Shown in pieces: positions 29,358 through 39,166 of a DNA stretch of 55,222 nt. Positions within the stretch are counted from its first letter, which is position 1. Each line of letters starts with the position of its first letter. A program made the translations under genes and the position numbers. This DNA comes from Acidimicrobiia bacterium (GTDB lineage: Bacteria; Actinomycetota; Acidimicrobiia; Acidimicrobiales; MedAcidi-G1): assembly GCA_015658775.1 (NCBI GenBank), contig DQOF01000046.1:1-55222 (forward strand). The letters run 5' to 3'. Below the pieces are notes generated by a model. That model worked only from the letters and a program-made list of their open reading frames with translations. It searched no databases and was not told the DNA's origin.

Positions 29358-30829
29358 GACACCACGGCTCCAACGGCGCCGGCTGCCGGCAGCCCGAACC
29401 GACCCGGATGCCGGGCGAACCACCGGGTCTGCGCCAGCAGCCTGACCATCGGGCCCATGAAGAAGTAGGTGGCGACCAGGTCCAGGATGGTGGCCAGGCC
29501 CAGGTACAGGGCGAAGCCGCGGACGGCTCCGACGGTCAGCCACCACAGCAGGCCCGCTCCGATGAGCGACGCCATGTCGGCCTTGACGATCGTGGAGAAC
29601 GCCACCGGGAACGCCCGGTCCACCGACGACCGCGCCGTGCGGCCGTCGCGGATGTCCTCCTTGAGGTGCTCGAAGTAGATGACGTTGGAGTCGACGGACA
29701 CGCCGATGGCCACGATGATGCCGGTCACGCCGGCCAGGGTGAGTGCCAGGCCCGACTGGGTGCCCAGGTGGGCGATGATCGCCCACAGCAGGGAGCCCGA
29801 GATGGCCAGGCTGGCCAGCGCCACCAGTCCCAGCAGGCGGTAGTAGCCCACGATGAACAGTGCGACCAGGAACAGCCCGATGATGCCGGCCACCACGCCG
29901 GCGTCCAGGGAGTCCTCGCCGATCGTGGCCGACACGACCTGGGTGTTCTCGGCCACCAACTCGACCGGCAGGGCGCCGTAGCGCAGGCCCAGGGCCACGT
30001 CGTGGGCCTCTTCCTTGTCGAAGCTGCCGGAGATGAGGATGCGGTCGCGTTCGAACTGGGAGGCCCTGATCTGGGGTGCGGTGAGGACCTGTCCGTCCAG
30101 CACTATGGCCACCCGGCCGTTGCTGAACCCAGCCATGATCGGGCACTCGCGTGTCCCGACGAAGCAGAGTGCGGCGATCCGGTTGAAGGCGTCGATGCCG
30201 TCGGCGCCGCTCTTGAGGGTGATGGCGACCTGCCACTGGAAGTCGATCAGGTCGGCGTTGGCATCGCTGAGGGCGTCGCCGGTGAGCACGCTCGGACCAA
30301 GCAGGTAGCGCTGGGTCCCGCCCCGGCCGCCCAGGATCACGAACTGGTCGGCGTGGTCGTGTTCGGGTGGCGTGACACCGGCCCGACCGGTCGGCGGCAG
30401 GACCCCGCCACCCAGCACCTGCGAACACGAGGCCGGTGCGGGGGCGGCCGTGCCCTGCCCCGGCTGGTTGGCGGTCATCACGGGGAACACGTCGCAGACC
30501 GGTCGGAAGCGGAGCTCCGCGGTGGTGCCGACCAGGTCCAGCGCACGCTGCTGGTCGTCCACGCCGGGAAGCGAGACCATCACGCCGTCGGCGGTGCGCG
30601 AGACCTCGGGCTCAGCGACACCCAGGGCATCCACCCGGTTCCGGATGATCCCGACCGCCTGGTCGAGCATCTCCTCGGTGGCGGGCTCGGTGGCCGTCAG
30701 CCGGACCGACACGCCACCCTGCAGGTCGAGGCCGAGGAGGGGTTCGTTCTCCCAGACGGCGGTCATCACCGTCGCCGCGAGTGCGGCCAGGACGATCCCG
30801 ATCAGGAATACGAGTTGGCGGCGCGGCAT
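29354..30829 (-). CDS. secD: Protein translocase subunit SecD
   Basis: From ATG 30829: MPRRQLVFLIGIVLAALAA...LGLDLQGGVSV...; C-terminal ...SATIGEDSL.AG..AG.IGL.LV..F....YR.LG.VA..SL......DSNVI.FE..KE. Confidence 0.94.
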   Translation of the reverse strand: MPRRQLVFLIGIVLAALAATVMTAVWENEPLLGLDLQGGVSVRLTATEPATEEMLDQAVGIIRNRVDALGVAEPEVSRTADGVMVSLPGVDDQQRALDLVGTTAELRFRPVCDVFPVMTANQPGQGTAAPAPASCSQVLGGGVLPPTGRAGVTPPEHDHADQFVILGGRGGTQRYLLGPSVLTGDALSDANADLIDFQWQVAITLKSGADGIDAFNRIAALCFVGTRECPIMAGFSNGRVAIVLDGQVLTAPQIRASQFERDRILISGSFDKEEAHDVALGLRYGALPVELVAENTQVVSATIGEDSLDAGVVAGIIGLFLVALFIVGYYRLLGLVALASLAISGSLLWAIIAHLGTQSGLALTLAGVTGIIVAIGVSVDSNVIYFEHLKEDIRDGRTARSSVDRAFPVAFSTIVKADMASLIGAGLLWWLTVGAVRGFALYLGLATILDLVATYFFMGPMVRLLAQTRWFARHPGRFGLPAAGAVGAVVS

Positions 30830-30863
30830 GGCTGGTGGGAACAGGGGCGGGCGGGAGACCCGG

Positions 30864-31169
30864 TCAGTCCTGGATGGGACCCTCGTCGGTGCCCTCGTCG
30901 GTACCCTCGTCAACCGGCGCCGGCTCGTTGAAGCGCCTGTCGACGGCGCTGCGCAGGATCTTCAACTCGATGTCCTTGGCGACCTCCAACCAGATCACGT
31001 CGTCCTCGACCTCGTTGACCACGCCGAAGAGGCCCGAGCTGAGGACCACCTCGTCGCCTGCGGCGATGGACGCCACCAGGCTCTGCTGGGCACGCGCCTT
31101 CTTCTGCTGGGGTCGGATCATGAGGAAGTACATGAGCCCGAAGATCAGGATGAGGGGGAGAAAACTCAT
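30864..31169 (-). CDS. yajC: Preprotein translocase subunit YajC
   Basis: 101 aa: MSFLPLILIFGLMYFLMIRPQQKKARAQQSLVASIAAGDEVVLSSGLFGVV.EVEDD. Confidence 0.93.
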   Translation of the reverse strand: MSFLPLILIFGLMYFLMIRPQQKKARAQQSLVASIAAGDEVVLSSGLFGVVNEVEDDVIWLEVAKDIELKILRSAVDRRFNEPAPVDEGTDEGTDEGPIQD

Positions 31170-31244
31170 GGGTGCTGCCTTGCCTGCTCGCTGCTCTCTG
31201 GACCGCTCAAGCCTAGGCCCGGCGTCGGGCGCATGAGACTCGGC

Positions 31245-32354
31245 TCAGGACCAGACTTCCAGCGTCTCGCTGCGGAACCGCTCGAATCGACCGGCCCCTA
31301 TCGCCTCTCGTAGGCGGTCCACGAAGTCGAGCAGCCAGGCCAGGTTGTGGAGCGTGAGCAGCCGCCGTCCCGTGGGCTCGTCGGTCATGAGCAGGTGCCT
31401 CAGGTAGCCGCGTGACCACTGGGCTGCGGGGCTGGCCGGGAACCCCGGATCCAGCGGTTCGTCGTCACGGCCGAACCGGGCGTTGCGAAGGTTCAGCCTT
31501 CCCGTCGAGGTGAGCACGGTGCCGTGCCTGGCGTGCCGGGTGGGGATGACGCAGTCGAACATGTCGATGCCGCGGCCGACCACCTCGACGAGGCCCGCAG
31601 GGTCGCCGAGTCCCATGAAGTAGCGCGGCTGGTCGGCCGGCAGGAGGGAGGTGACCGCCTCCAGGGGCTCGAGCATCTCCTGACGTGACTCGCCGACGCT
31701 CATGCCCCCGATGGCGTAGCCGTCGAAGCCGACCTCGAGGGTCCGCTCGGCGCTCTCGATCCGCAACGGCACGTCGACCCCGCCCTGCACTATGCCGAAC
31801 TGGCTCTGCCGTCCGGCGGCGTCGGGATGGGCGAGGAAGGCGTCCCGGCCCCGTGCGGCCCACACAGCGGTGCGCTCGACCGCCCGGCGCAGGACATGGT
31901 CGGTGGCCGGAAGTCCCGGACACACGTCGAGCACCATCTGGATGTCTGCGCCCAGGTCCGCCTGCACCGTCGCCGCGCCCTCCGGGGTGAGCCTGTGGGT
32001 GCTTCCGTCGTAGGTCGACCGGAACACCGCCCCGTCGTCGTCGACGGTCGGGTGCAGCGAGAAGATCTGGTACCCGCCCGAGTCGGTGAGGCTGAGGCCG
32101 TTCCAGCCTGTGAAGCCGCGCAGCCCGCCCAGGTCGCGAACGATGTCGGCTCCGGGTCGGAGCATGAGGTGGTAGGTGTTGGAGAGCACCACCTCTACGC
32201 CGAGGTCGACGAGGTCGGTCGACGACAGGTGGCGGACCGCGCCACGGGTGCCCACCGGCATGAAGCACGGCGTGGCGAAGGAGCCGCCGGCGGTCTCGAC
32301 CCGGCCGGTGCGGGCGCCGCCGTCGACCGCATCGACCCGGAACGTGGCCCTCAC
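31245..32354 (-). CDS. tgt: Queuine tRNA-ribosyltransferase
   Basis: GTG at 32354 (GTGA with the queA stop) reads VRATFRVDAVDGGARTGRVETAGGSFATPCFMPVGTRGAVRHL..., ...GGYQ.FSL..., ...FGIVQGG......GYAIGG.SVGE, and DCV.PTR.ARHG. The listed 612-aa ORF is an extension through queA. Confidence 0.95.
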   Translation of the reverse strand: MRATFRVDAVDGGARTGRVETAGGSFATPCFMPVGTRGAVRHLSSTDLVDLGVEVVLSNTYHLMLRPGADIVRDLGGLRGFTGWNGLSLTDSGGYQIFSLHPTVDDDGAVFRSTYDGSTHRLTPEGAATVQADLGADIQMVLDVCPGLPATDHVLRRAVERTAVWAARGRDAFLAHPDAAGRQSQFGIVQGGVDVPLRIESAERTLEVGFDGYAIGGMSVGESRQEMLEPLEAVTSLLPADQPRYFMGLGDPAGLVEVVGRGIDMFDCVIPTRHARHGTVLTSTGRLNLRNARFGRDDEPLDPGFPASPAAQWSRGYLRHLLMTDEPTGRRLLTLHNLAWLLDFVDRLREAIGAGRFERFRSETLEVWS

Positions 32355-33364
32355 GGCATCGCCCTGGACACGAACATGGCGTCGCCGAAGGACAGGAACC
32401 GGTATCCCTCGGCGAGTGCGAGCGCGTAGAGGTCGCGCCAGCGCGGGCCCACGAACGCCTCCAGCATCACGAGCAGGGTGGACCCGGGCAGGTGGTAGTT
32501 GGTCATCAGGACGTCGACAACCCCGAACTCGTAGCCGGGGCGGATGAACAGGTCGGTCCTGCCGGTCGGTCCGTTGGCCGACACCGACTCCAGTGCCCGC
32601 ACGGTGGTGGTGCCGACCGCTATCACCCTGTCGGCCTCCCGACATGCGTCGAGCGTGGCCGGTGGCACCGAGTACGCCTCGGTGTGCATCTCGTGGTCGT
32701 CGAGGTTCTCGACGGTCACGGGCCTGAAGGTGTCCAGCCCCACTACGAGCTCCAGTCGCTCGATCCGTGCGCCGGCCGCCCGGCAGTCGTCCAGCACCTC
32801 TTCGGTCAGGTGCAGCCCGGCGGTCGGCGCCGCTGCCGACGCGGGCCGGTCGCTGTAGACGGTCTGATAGCGCTCGGGGTCGTCCAGCGGCGTGGTCAGG
32901 TAGGGCGGCAGTGGCATCTCGCCGTGGTGCGAGACCGCTGACAGCACGCCGTCCGGGGCGTCCAGCCGGACAACCCGGCGGCCGTCGCCCAGGTCGTCCT
33001 CGACGGTCACGACCAGGTCGTCGCCTGCCGAAAGGCTGGTCCCGCACGGCACCCTGCGGCTGGGACGGACCAGGGCCAGCCACCGCCCGGCGGAATCCGT
33101 GTCGGCGCGGTCGACTGGTTCGAGCAGGAGGACCTCGACCGCCCCACCGGTGTCCCTGCGGAGTCGCAGCCGAGCCGGCAGGACCCTGGTGTCGTTGACC
33201 ACGAGAAGGTCGCCCGGCCCCACGAGCGTCGCCAGGTCGGCCACGGTCAGGTGCTGCGGGCCGTCGCCCATGTCGACCAGCAGGCGTGCGGCAGCCCTGT
33301 CGGCGAGGGGAACCTGGCCTATCGCCGCCTCGGGCAGGTCGTAGGCGAACTCGTCGGGGCCCAT
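32351..33364 (-). CDS. queA: S-adenosylmethionine:tRNA ribosyltransferase-isomerase
   Basis: Contains FAYDLPEAAIGQVPL.DR.A.RLLV......LLVVNDTRVLPARL......PLPPY......YQTVY....ASAAAPTAGLH.T......FLSFGDAMF. Confidence 0.94.
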   Translation of the reverse strand: MGPDEFAYDLPEAAIGQVPLADRAAARLLVDMGDGPQHLTVADLATLVGPGDLLVVNDTRVLPARLRLRRDTGGAVEVLLLEPVDRADTDSAGRWLALVRPSRRVPCGTSLSAGDDLVVTVEDDLGDGRRVVRLDAPDGVLSAVSHHGEMPLPPYLTTPLDDPERYQTVYSDRPASAAAPTAGLHLTEEVLDDCRAAGARIERLELVVGLDTFRPVTVENLDDHEMHTEAYSVPPATLDACREADRVIAVGTTTVRALESVSANGPTGRTDLFIRPGYEFGVVDVLMTNYHLPGSTLLVMLEAFVGPRWRDLYALALAEGYRFLSFGDAMFVSRAMP

Positions 33365-33410
33365 GGCGCGCCCAGCCTAGGGGCCATCCCGCCGACGGAC
33401 AGGAGCGCGC

Positions 33411-34442
33411 TCACCCGTCGAAGAGCGAGCCCTCACGCCTGTCCACCGGCTGCTCGAGGCCCAGGTGCTCGTAGGCGGCCGATGTGGCGACGCGTCCCTG
33501 GGGGGTGCGCAGCAACAGCCCCTGCTGGATCAGGAATGGCTCGTAGACGTCCTCGACGGTGTCGTCCGGTTCGCTGACACAGATCGCGAGGGTCTTCAAC
33601 CCGACCGGCCTGCCCTCGAACCGTTCGCAGAGGGCCGACAGGATCGCCCGTGACGGGCGGTCGAGGCCCAGGTCGTCGACGCCGAAGAACGAGAGGCCGT
33701 CACGGGCCACGTCGCCGTCGACCATGTCGACCCTGCGCTCGATCTGGGCGAAGTCGCGGACCTGGCGTAGCAGGCGGTTGCCGATGCGGGGCGTGCCCCG
33801 TGAGCGACGGGCGATCTCGGCTGCACCCTCGTCGTCGAGGGAGACGCCGAGGATGCGGGCCGCCCGGGTGACGATTGACTGCAGGTCGTCGACCTCGTAG
33901 TAGTCGAGCCGGGCGGTGAGGCCGAAGCGGTCGCGCAGCGGCCCGGTGATGAGGCCGGTACGGGTGGTGGCTCCGACGAGGGTGAACCTGGGCAGCTCCA
34001 GGCGGATGGACCGGGCCGCCGGGCCCTTGCCGAGCACGATGTCGAGTTCGTAGTCCTCCATGGCCGGGTAGAGGATCTCCTCGACAGCGCGGGCCAGCCG
34101 GTGGATCTCGTCGATGAAGAGCACGTCGCCGGGCTCGAGTTTGGTGAGGATGGCTGCCAGGTCGCCGGCCCGTTCGAGGGCCGGTCCGGAGGTGACGTGG
34201 AGTTCGGCACCCATCTCGTTGGCGACGATGTGGGCCAGGGTGGTCTTGCCGAGACCTGGAGGGCCTGCGAAGAGGAAGTGGTCGGCGGCCTCACCGCGTT
34301 CGGCGGCGGCGGCCAGCATGACCCGCAGGTGGCCCTTCAACTCGGTCTGGCCCACGAAGTCGTCGAGGCGTCGGGGGCGCAGGCCGACCTCGACCTCGAC
34401 GTCGACGGGATCCAGGTCGGGTGAGAGGAGTTCTTCGCGCAT
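33411..34442 (-). CDS. ruvB: Holliday junction branch migration ATPase RuvB
   Basis: Contains [15 protein letters not shown]......[21 protein letters not shown]......LFIDEIHRL....EE.LYPAMED...D. Confidence 0.98.
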   Translation of the reverse strand: MREELLSPDLDPVDVEVEVGLRPRRLDDFVGQTELKGHLRVMLAAAAERGEAADHFLFAGPPGLGKTTLAHIVANEMGAELHVTSGPALERAGDLAAILTKLEPGDVLFIDEIHRLARAVEEILYPAMEDYELDIVLGKGPAARSIRLELPRFTLVGATTRTGLITGPLRDRFGLTARLDYYEVDDLQSIVTRAARILGVSLDDEGAAEIARRSRGTPRIGNRLLRQVRDFAQIERRVDMVDGDVARDGLSFFGVDDLGLDRPSRAILSALCERFEGRPVGLKTLAICVSEPDDTVEDVYEPFLIQQGLLLRTPQGRVATSAAYEHLGLEQPVDRREGSLFDG

Positions 34443-34451
34443 GTCGGTCGG

Positions 34452-35051
34452 CTAGGCCCGCGCCAGGCGCTGGAGGGCCTCGCGGAGCAGGACCCCGGGG
34501 TCGTCGCCGCCCAGGTCGGAGAGCACCGACCGGACCTCGTCGGGGGTGTAGCCGAGCCCGCCCAACGCCTCCTGGACCTCGACGAGCGCCGACCGGGGTG
34601 CGCCCACGGTGGGGTCGCCGGGTACGCCGTCGATGGGCAGGTCGAGGGATGCCTTCAACTCCACGAGCAGCCGTGTGGCTGTCTTCTTGCCCACGCCGGG
34701 CACCAGGCAGAGGGCGGCGACGTCGTCGTCCGCCAGCACCCTGGCGAGGTCGAGCGGGCCGTGGACACCGAGCACGGCGAGAGCGAGGGAAGGGCCCACC
34801 CCGTGTGCGGAGAGCAGGGCCTCGAAACACGTGCGCTCACCACGGTCCAGGAACCCGTAGAGGGTCTGGGCGGTCTCACGGATGTGGTGGTGGACGTGCA
34901 GGAAGACCTCGGAGCCCACCTGGCCCATGCGCACGGCCGTGGTGGGGGTGACGGTGACCCGGTAGCCGATGCCGGCCACCTCTACGAGCACCTCGCCCCG
35001 GTCTCCCTCCTCGAAGCGTTCGAGGAGCAGCCCCCGCAGCGAACCGATCAC
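34452..35051 (-). CDS. ruvA: Holliday junction DNA helicase subunit RuvA
   Basis: Contains MIGSLRGLLLE......V.GIGYRV......LYGF....ER..F..LLS..GVGP.LALA.L......L..VPGVGKKTA.RL..ELK. Confidence 0.95.
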   Translation of the reverse strand: MIGSLRGLLLERFEEGDRGEVLVEVAGIGYRVTVTPTTAVRMGQVGSEVFLHVHHHIRETAQTLYGFLDRGERTCFEALLSAHGVGPSLALAVLGVHGPLDLARVLADDDVAALCLVPGVGKKTATRLLVELKASLDLPIDGVPGDPTVGAPRSALVEVQEALGGLGYTPDEVRSVLSDLGGDDPGVLLREALQRLARA

Positions 35052-35551
35052 GACGCCACCCCGGTGGCCGACCTGGGTGAGGCCGTCATCATCGCCAGGT
35101 GGCAGAGGGCCACGGCCACGGCGTCGGCGGCATCGACCGGCTTCAGCGGCACGTCCAGCCCGAGCAGCACCTCGACCATGCGGGACACCTGGCCCTTGTC
35201 GGCGCCGCCCCAGCCCGCCACGGCCGACTTGACCTCGTTGGGCGAATAGAGCGTCACCCCGCAGCCTGCGGCGGCGGCCTCGGCCATGACCACGCCCGAG
35301 GACTGTCCGGTCTGCATGGCGGTGCTCACGTTCGCCGAGAACAGCACCCGCTCGACTGCCACCTCGTCGGGCCGGTACTGGATGATGAGGTCGCGTACCT
35401 CGCGCTGCAGGTCGGCCAACCGGTTTGCCAGCGGGCTGGCCGGGTCGGTGCGGATGACGCCTGCGGCCTCGGCCCGGAGCCGACGGCCGTCGCGTCGCAC
35501 CAGGCCGTAGCCGCAGCGTGAGAGACCGGGATCTATGCCCAGAACGAACAT
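35048..35551 (-). CDS. ruvC: Crossover junction endodeoxyribonuclease RuvC
   Basis: From ATG 35551: MFVLGIDPGLSRCGYGLV...; ...VAVERVLF..N..TA...GQSSGV......Y.PNEVK.AV.G.G.ADK.QV..MV. ATGA overlap with the ruvA start. Confidence 0.94.
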   Translation of the reverse strand: MFVLGIDPGLSRCGYGLVRRDGRRLRAEAAGVIRTDPASPLANRLADLQREVRDLIIQYRPDEVAVERVLFSANVSTAMQTGQSSGVVMAEAAAAGCGVTLYSPNEVKSAVAGWGGADKGQVSRMVEVLLGLDVPLKPVDAADAVAVALCHLAMMTASPRSATGVAS

Positions 35552-35595
35552 ATGTACGACTCTAGTGGGGCGCCCCGTGGGACTGTGGCACCCGC

Positions 35596-36342
35596 TCAGT
35601 CGAGCGACTCGAGCACCTCGGTGGGTATGTCGAAGTTGGCGAACACGTCCTGTACGTCGTCGTGGTCGTCGAGCAGGTCGAGCAGGCGCAGCACGGCCTT
35701 CGCCGCCTCGGCGGTGTCGATGGCGACGGTCGACGTGGGCAGCATGGTCACGTCGGCCGACTCGAACGGCACCTCGGCGGTCTCGAGTGCCTCGCGCACC
35801 GTGGGCAGGTCTGTCGGCTCGCATGTGAGGCGCCAGGTCCCTCCCTCGTCGACGAGATCCTCGGCGCCTGCGTCCAGCGCCGCCATCATGATCTCGTCCT
35901 CGTCGACGGTCCCGGCCAGCAGCACCACGCCCTTGCGCTGGAACTGCCAGGCCACGGACCCGGGTTCGGCCAGGGACCCGCCGTTCTTGGTGAGCATCGA
36001 CCTGACCTCGGCGCCGGTGCGGTTGCGGTTGTCGGTGAGCGTCTCGACGTAGAGGGCCACGCCGTGCGGTGCGTACCCCTCGTAGGTGATCGACTCGTAC
36101 TCGACGCCCTCGAGTTCGCCGGTGCCCCGCTTGACGGCCCGTTCGATCGTGTCGATCGGTACCGAGGCGTCGCGGGCCTTCTGGAACATGGTTCGCAGCG
36201 TGGGGTTGGAGTCGGGGTCACCGCCACCCTGGCGGGCCGACACCTCGACCTGCTTGATCAGCTTGGCGAAGAGCTTGGCCCGCTTCTGGTCGGCTGCGCC
36301 CTTCTTGTGCTTGATGGTCGCCCATTTGGAATGGCCTGACAT
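35596..36342 (-). CDS. yebC: YebC/PmpR-family DNA-binding transcriptional regulator
   Basis: Contains MSGHSKWATIKHKKGAADQKRAKLFAKLIKQVEVSARQGGGDPDSNPTLR......A. Confidence 0.95.
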   Translation of the reverse strand: MSGHSKWATIKHKKGAADQKRAKLFAKLIKQVEVSARQGGGDPDSNPTLRTMFQKARDASVPIDTIERAVKRGTGELEGVEYESITYEGYAPHGVALYVETLTDNRNRTGAEVRSMLTKNGGSLAEPGSVAWQFQRKGVVLLAGTVDEDEIMMAALDAGAEDLVDEGGTWRLTCEPTDLPTVREALETAEVPFESADVTMLPTSTVAIDTAEAAKAVLRLLDLLDDHDDVQDVFANFDIPTEVLESLD

Positions 36343-36376
36343 GCCGGTGTCTCCTGTCGTGTGCCGCTGCGGCGGC

Positions 36377-36943
36377 TCAGAGGGCCTCTACGAAGCGTTC
36401 GTGGAGTCGTGTGTCCCCGGTCAACTCGGGGTGGAAGGCCGCCACCGTCACCGGTCCCTGCCGGCAGAACACCGCCAGGCCGTCGACCCTGGCGAGCACC
36501 TCGACCTCCCCGCCGACGCGTTCCACCACCGGTGCCCTGATGAACACCCCGTGGAACGGCAGGTCGAAGCCCGCGACGTCGAGGTCCGCCTCGAAGGAGT
36601 CCAGCTGGCGCCCGTAGCCGTTGCGGCGCACGTCGATGTCGATGACCCCGAACGACCGTTGGTCGCTCCGACCGTCTGCCACGTTCCGGGCGAGGAGGAT
36701 CAGCCCGGCACACGTGCCCAGCACGGGCATGCCGCCGGCCAGCCGATCGGCGAGCGGTTCCCGCAGGCCGGAGATCTCCAGCAGCATCGACATGGTGGTC
36801 GACTCGCCACCGGGCATCACCAAGGCGTCTACGTCGGCCAGTTGTCCGGGGGTGCGGACCTCCACGGGCGTCACACCGACGCGGTCGAGCAGGGTTGCGT
36901 GCCTGGAGAACGCCCCCTGGAGGGCCAGCACACCGACCTTCAC
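36377..36943 (-). CDS. pdxT: Pyridoxal 5'-phosphate synthase glutaminase subunit PdxT
   Basis: GTG at 36943 reads (M)KVGVLALQGAFSRH......VMPGGESTTM......P.LGTCAGLILLA......FIRAP......FHPELT.D.R.H. An in-frame TGA at 36970..36968 excludes an upstream start. Confidence 0.95.
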   Translation of the reverse strand: MKVGVLALQGAFSRHATLLDRVGVTPVEVRTPGQLADVDALVMPGGESTTMSMLLEISGLREPLADRLAGGMPVLGTCAGLILLARNVADGRSDQRSFGVIDIDVRRNGYGRQLDSFEADLDVAGFDLPFHGVFIRAPVVERVGGEVEVLARVDGLAVFCRQGPVTVAAFHPELTGDTRLHERFVEAL

Positions 36944-36978
36944 GCCGGCACCTTCACGCCGGCACCTTCACGCCGCCT
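36934..36978. repeat. 14-nt direct tandem repeat x3 spanning the pdxS stop / pdxT start junction
   Basis: Plus strand: cgaccttcacgccg / gcaccttcacgccg / gcaccttcacgccg. On the coding strand this is GGCGTGAAGGTGCC x2, then GGCGTGAAGGTCGG. Each copy carries GTGAAGGT, i.e. the pdxT start codon plus its first codons. Confidence 0.95.
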
Positions 36979-37867
36979 ACCAGCCCCGGTCGGCCAGGCG
37001 TGTCTCCAGCGTGTCCATCTCGAGGCCGGGCATCGCCCTGCCCAGACCCCTGCTGACCTTGGCAAGGATGACCGGGTCGCGGTAGTTGGTGGTCGCCTCG
37101 ACGATGGCCCTGGCACGCGGCGCCGGGTCGTCGCTCTTGAAGATGCCCGAGCCGACGAACACGGACTGGGCGCCGAGCTGCATCACGAGCGAGGCGTCGG
37201 CCGGGGTGGCTATGCCGCCCGCACAGAACATCGGGACCGGCAACTCGCCCGTCTCGGCGATCTCCTGGACCAGTGGCAGCGGCGACTGGAGGCGCTTGGC
37301 CCAGTCGAAGAGCTCGGCCTGGTCGGCCCGGGTGACCTTGGCGATGTCGCCCATGATGGACCGCAGGTGGCGGACCGCCTCGACGATGTTGCCGGTACCG
37401 GCCTCGCCCTTGGAGCGGATCAGGCAGGCGCCCTCGGATATGCGCCGCAGGGCCTCGCCCAGGTCCGTCGCCCCGCAGACGAACGGAACGTCGAACGCCC
37501 ACTTGTCGATGTGGTGTGCCTCGTCGGCCGGGGTCAGCACCTCGCTCTCGTCGACGTAGTCGACGCCGAGCGACTGGAGGATCTGGGCTTCGGCGAAGTG
37601 GCCTATGCGGGCCTTGGCCATGACCGGGATGGTGACCGCGGCCTTTATGCCCTCGACCATCTCGGGGTCGGACATGCGTGCCACGCCGCCGTCCCGTCGG
37701 ATGTCGGACGGCACCCGTTCGAGGGCCATCACTGCCACGGCGCCGGCGTCCTCGGCGATCTTGGCCTGCTCGGGGTCGACCACGTCCATGATCACGCCGC
37801 CCTTGAGCATCTCTGCCAGGCCCCGCTTGACCAGCTGTGTTCCGGTTGCTCGCGTCACATCGCTCAT
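36977..37867 (-). CDS. pdxS: Pyridoxal 5'-phosphate synthase lyase subunit PdxS
   Basis: Contains [47 protein letters not shown]......ESEVLTPAD......[13 protein letters not shown]. Confidence 0.97.
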   Translation of the reverse strand: MSDVTRATGTQLVKRGLAEMLKGGVIMDVVDPEQAKIAEDAGAVAVMALERVPSDIRRDGGVARMSDPEMVEGIKAAVTIPVMAKARIGHFAEAQILQSLGVDYVDESEVLTPADEAHHIDKWAFDVPFVCGATDLGEALRRISEGACLIRSKGEAGTGNIVEAVRHLRSIMGDIAKVTRADQAELFDWAKRLQSPLPLVQEIAETGELPVPMFCAGGIATPADASLVMQLGAQSVFVGSGIFKSDDPAPRARAIVEATTNYRDPVILAKVSRGLGRAMPGLEMDTLETRLADRGW

Positions 37868-37920
37868 GGTGCGCAGTCTAGGACGGGCCGGGGGTCCACT
37901 CCCCCGCCGGAGGCGGGCGT

Positions 37921-39162
37921 TCAGCCGGTGAGGGCGGCGGCCTCGGAGGCGTCCAGGATCTTGCCCTCGCCCAGCCGGGCCAGTGCCACCCAGGTCGTGC
38001 CGGGGACCAGCATGACGATCTCGCCGGTGTCGTCGTCGGCGAGGTGCCAGGCGTTGGCCACGAACGGTCGGCCCCAGGTGACTCCGGTGACCGTGCCCTC
38101 GCGCAGCAGCCAGCCGTCGCCGTTGCCGGTCGTGAGCGCCTGGGGGGATTCCCGGTCCGCATCGGACACCCGGTAGTCGATGTAGAGGAGCAGCACGTTG
38201 TCGGCGCCGTGCTGCACGCCGTCGGCGTCGAGGAGCGGCACACCGCCCTGGAATCGCAGCCAGCGCGACGACGGGTAGTCCCAGACGTAGTCGATCTGGC
38301 GACCCGGCGTGCTCCAGCGCACCCCTGCCGCCGGTACCGCCGATGCGGGTAGTGGCCCGTAGTCGAACACCGGGTCGGGTTCCACGCCCGTCGCCCCCCT
38401 GAGCAGGCGTGGTGCGTCGAGGAAGCCGTTGAAGGGCGAGCTCCCGCGGGAGTCGTCACGGAAGAAGTTCTCCTGACCCGTGCCCGATGTGGACCTACCC
38501 ACGAAGGTGCCGCTGCTCTCCGCCTCACGGACCTCGGCACCGACGCCCTCGTTGCTCCCCCAGTAGGCGAAGTAGGGCATGTTCAGGTTGCCAATGAGGT
38601 CGATGTCGCTGGACCGGGCCGAGCGGACGAGGCCGATCTTGTCCGGTACACGGCTGTGGAACACCGCCACGAACCGGGTCACGTTGTTCTCGATGTGGGC
38701 TTCGTAGACGATGTCGGCCTGTTCGAGGCCCACCTGCGGAAGCGACCTGGTGTCGTTGTTGCCGATCTTGACGGCCAGGGCCGGCAGCCGGCTGACCCCG
38801 CTGGTGGCCGGGAGGCCCGTCAACGGGTGGTGCGCTCCCATCCACGGCCCGGCGGTCGTGGTGGTGACCGTGGCCCCGACAGGTGGCGCGGTCGTCGAGG
38901 TGGTCGCATCGGGGGCAGCGGTCGAACCGGGCGCGGAGGTCGGGTCAGGTGCGGCGGTCGAACCCGGGGCGGAGGTCGGATCAGGGGCCGCTGTCGATGT
39001 CGGATCAGTAGCAGCCGGAGCGGAGGTCGAGTCAGGAGGGGCCGGTGCGGCGGTCGTGGACACGATGGTGGTCGGGGTGCTCCGCTGCTCCCCCCCACCA
39101 CACGCCCCTGCCGCCAGGGTCGTCAGCGCAAGAAGGATCGCGAGTCGTGTTCGTGTGGTCAT
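37921..39162 (-). CDS. DUF3048-like secreted lipoprotein with Pro/Thr/Ser-rich repeat linker
   Basis: ATG at 39162 lies 4 nt after the upstream gene's stop. Lipoprotein signal [21 protein letters not shown] (lipobox LAAGAC). PT-rich linker, then HPLTGLP......[44 protein letters not shown].....[11 protein letters not shown], which matches my memory of the DUF3048 (YerB-like) N-domain. Confidence 0.7.
   Translation of the reverse strand: MTTRTRLAILLALTTLAAGACGGGEQRSTPTTIVSTTAAPAPPDSTSAPAATDPTSTAAPDPTSAPGSTAAPDPTSAPGSTAAPDATTSTTAPPVGATVTTTTAGPWMGAHHPLTGLPATSGVSRLPALAVKIGNNDTRSLPQVGLEQADIVYEAHIENNVTRFVAVFHSRVPDKIGLVRSARSSDIDLIGNLNMPYFAYWGSNEGVGAEVREAESSGTFVGRSTSGTGQENFFRDDSRGSSPFNGFLDAPRLLRGATGVEPDPVFDYGPLPASAVPAAGVRWSTPGRQIDYVWDYPSSRWLRFQGGVPLLDADGVQHGADNVLLLYIDYRVSDADRESPQALTTGNGDGWLLREGTVTGVTWGRPFVANAWHLADDDTGEIVMLVPGTTWVALARLGEGKILDASEAAALTG
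38917..39036. repeat. In-frame 36-nt tandem repeats (2 perfect-at-protein-level copies plus degenerate flanking copies) inside the DUF3048 gene
   Basis: They encode [12 protein letters not shown] twice (residues 59-82), flanked by related [15 protein letters not shown]. The DNA units gcagcggtcgaaccgggcgcggaggtcgggtcaggt and gcggcggtcgaacccggggcggaggtcggatcaggg are adjacent. Confidence 0.9.
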
Positions 39163-39166
39163 CGGC

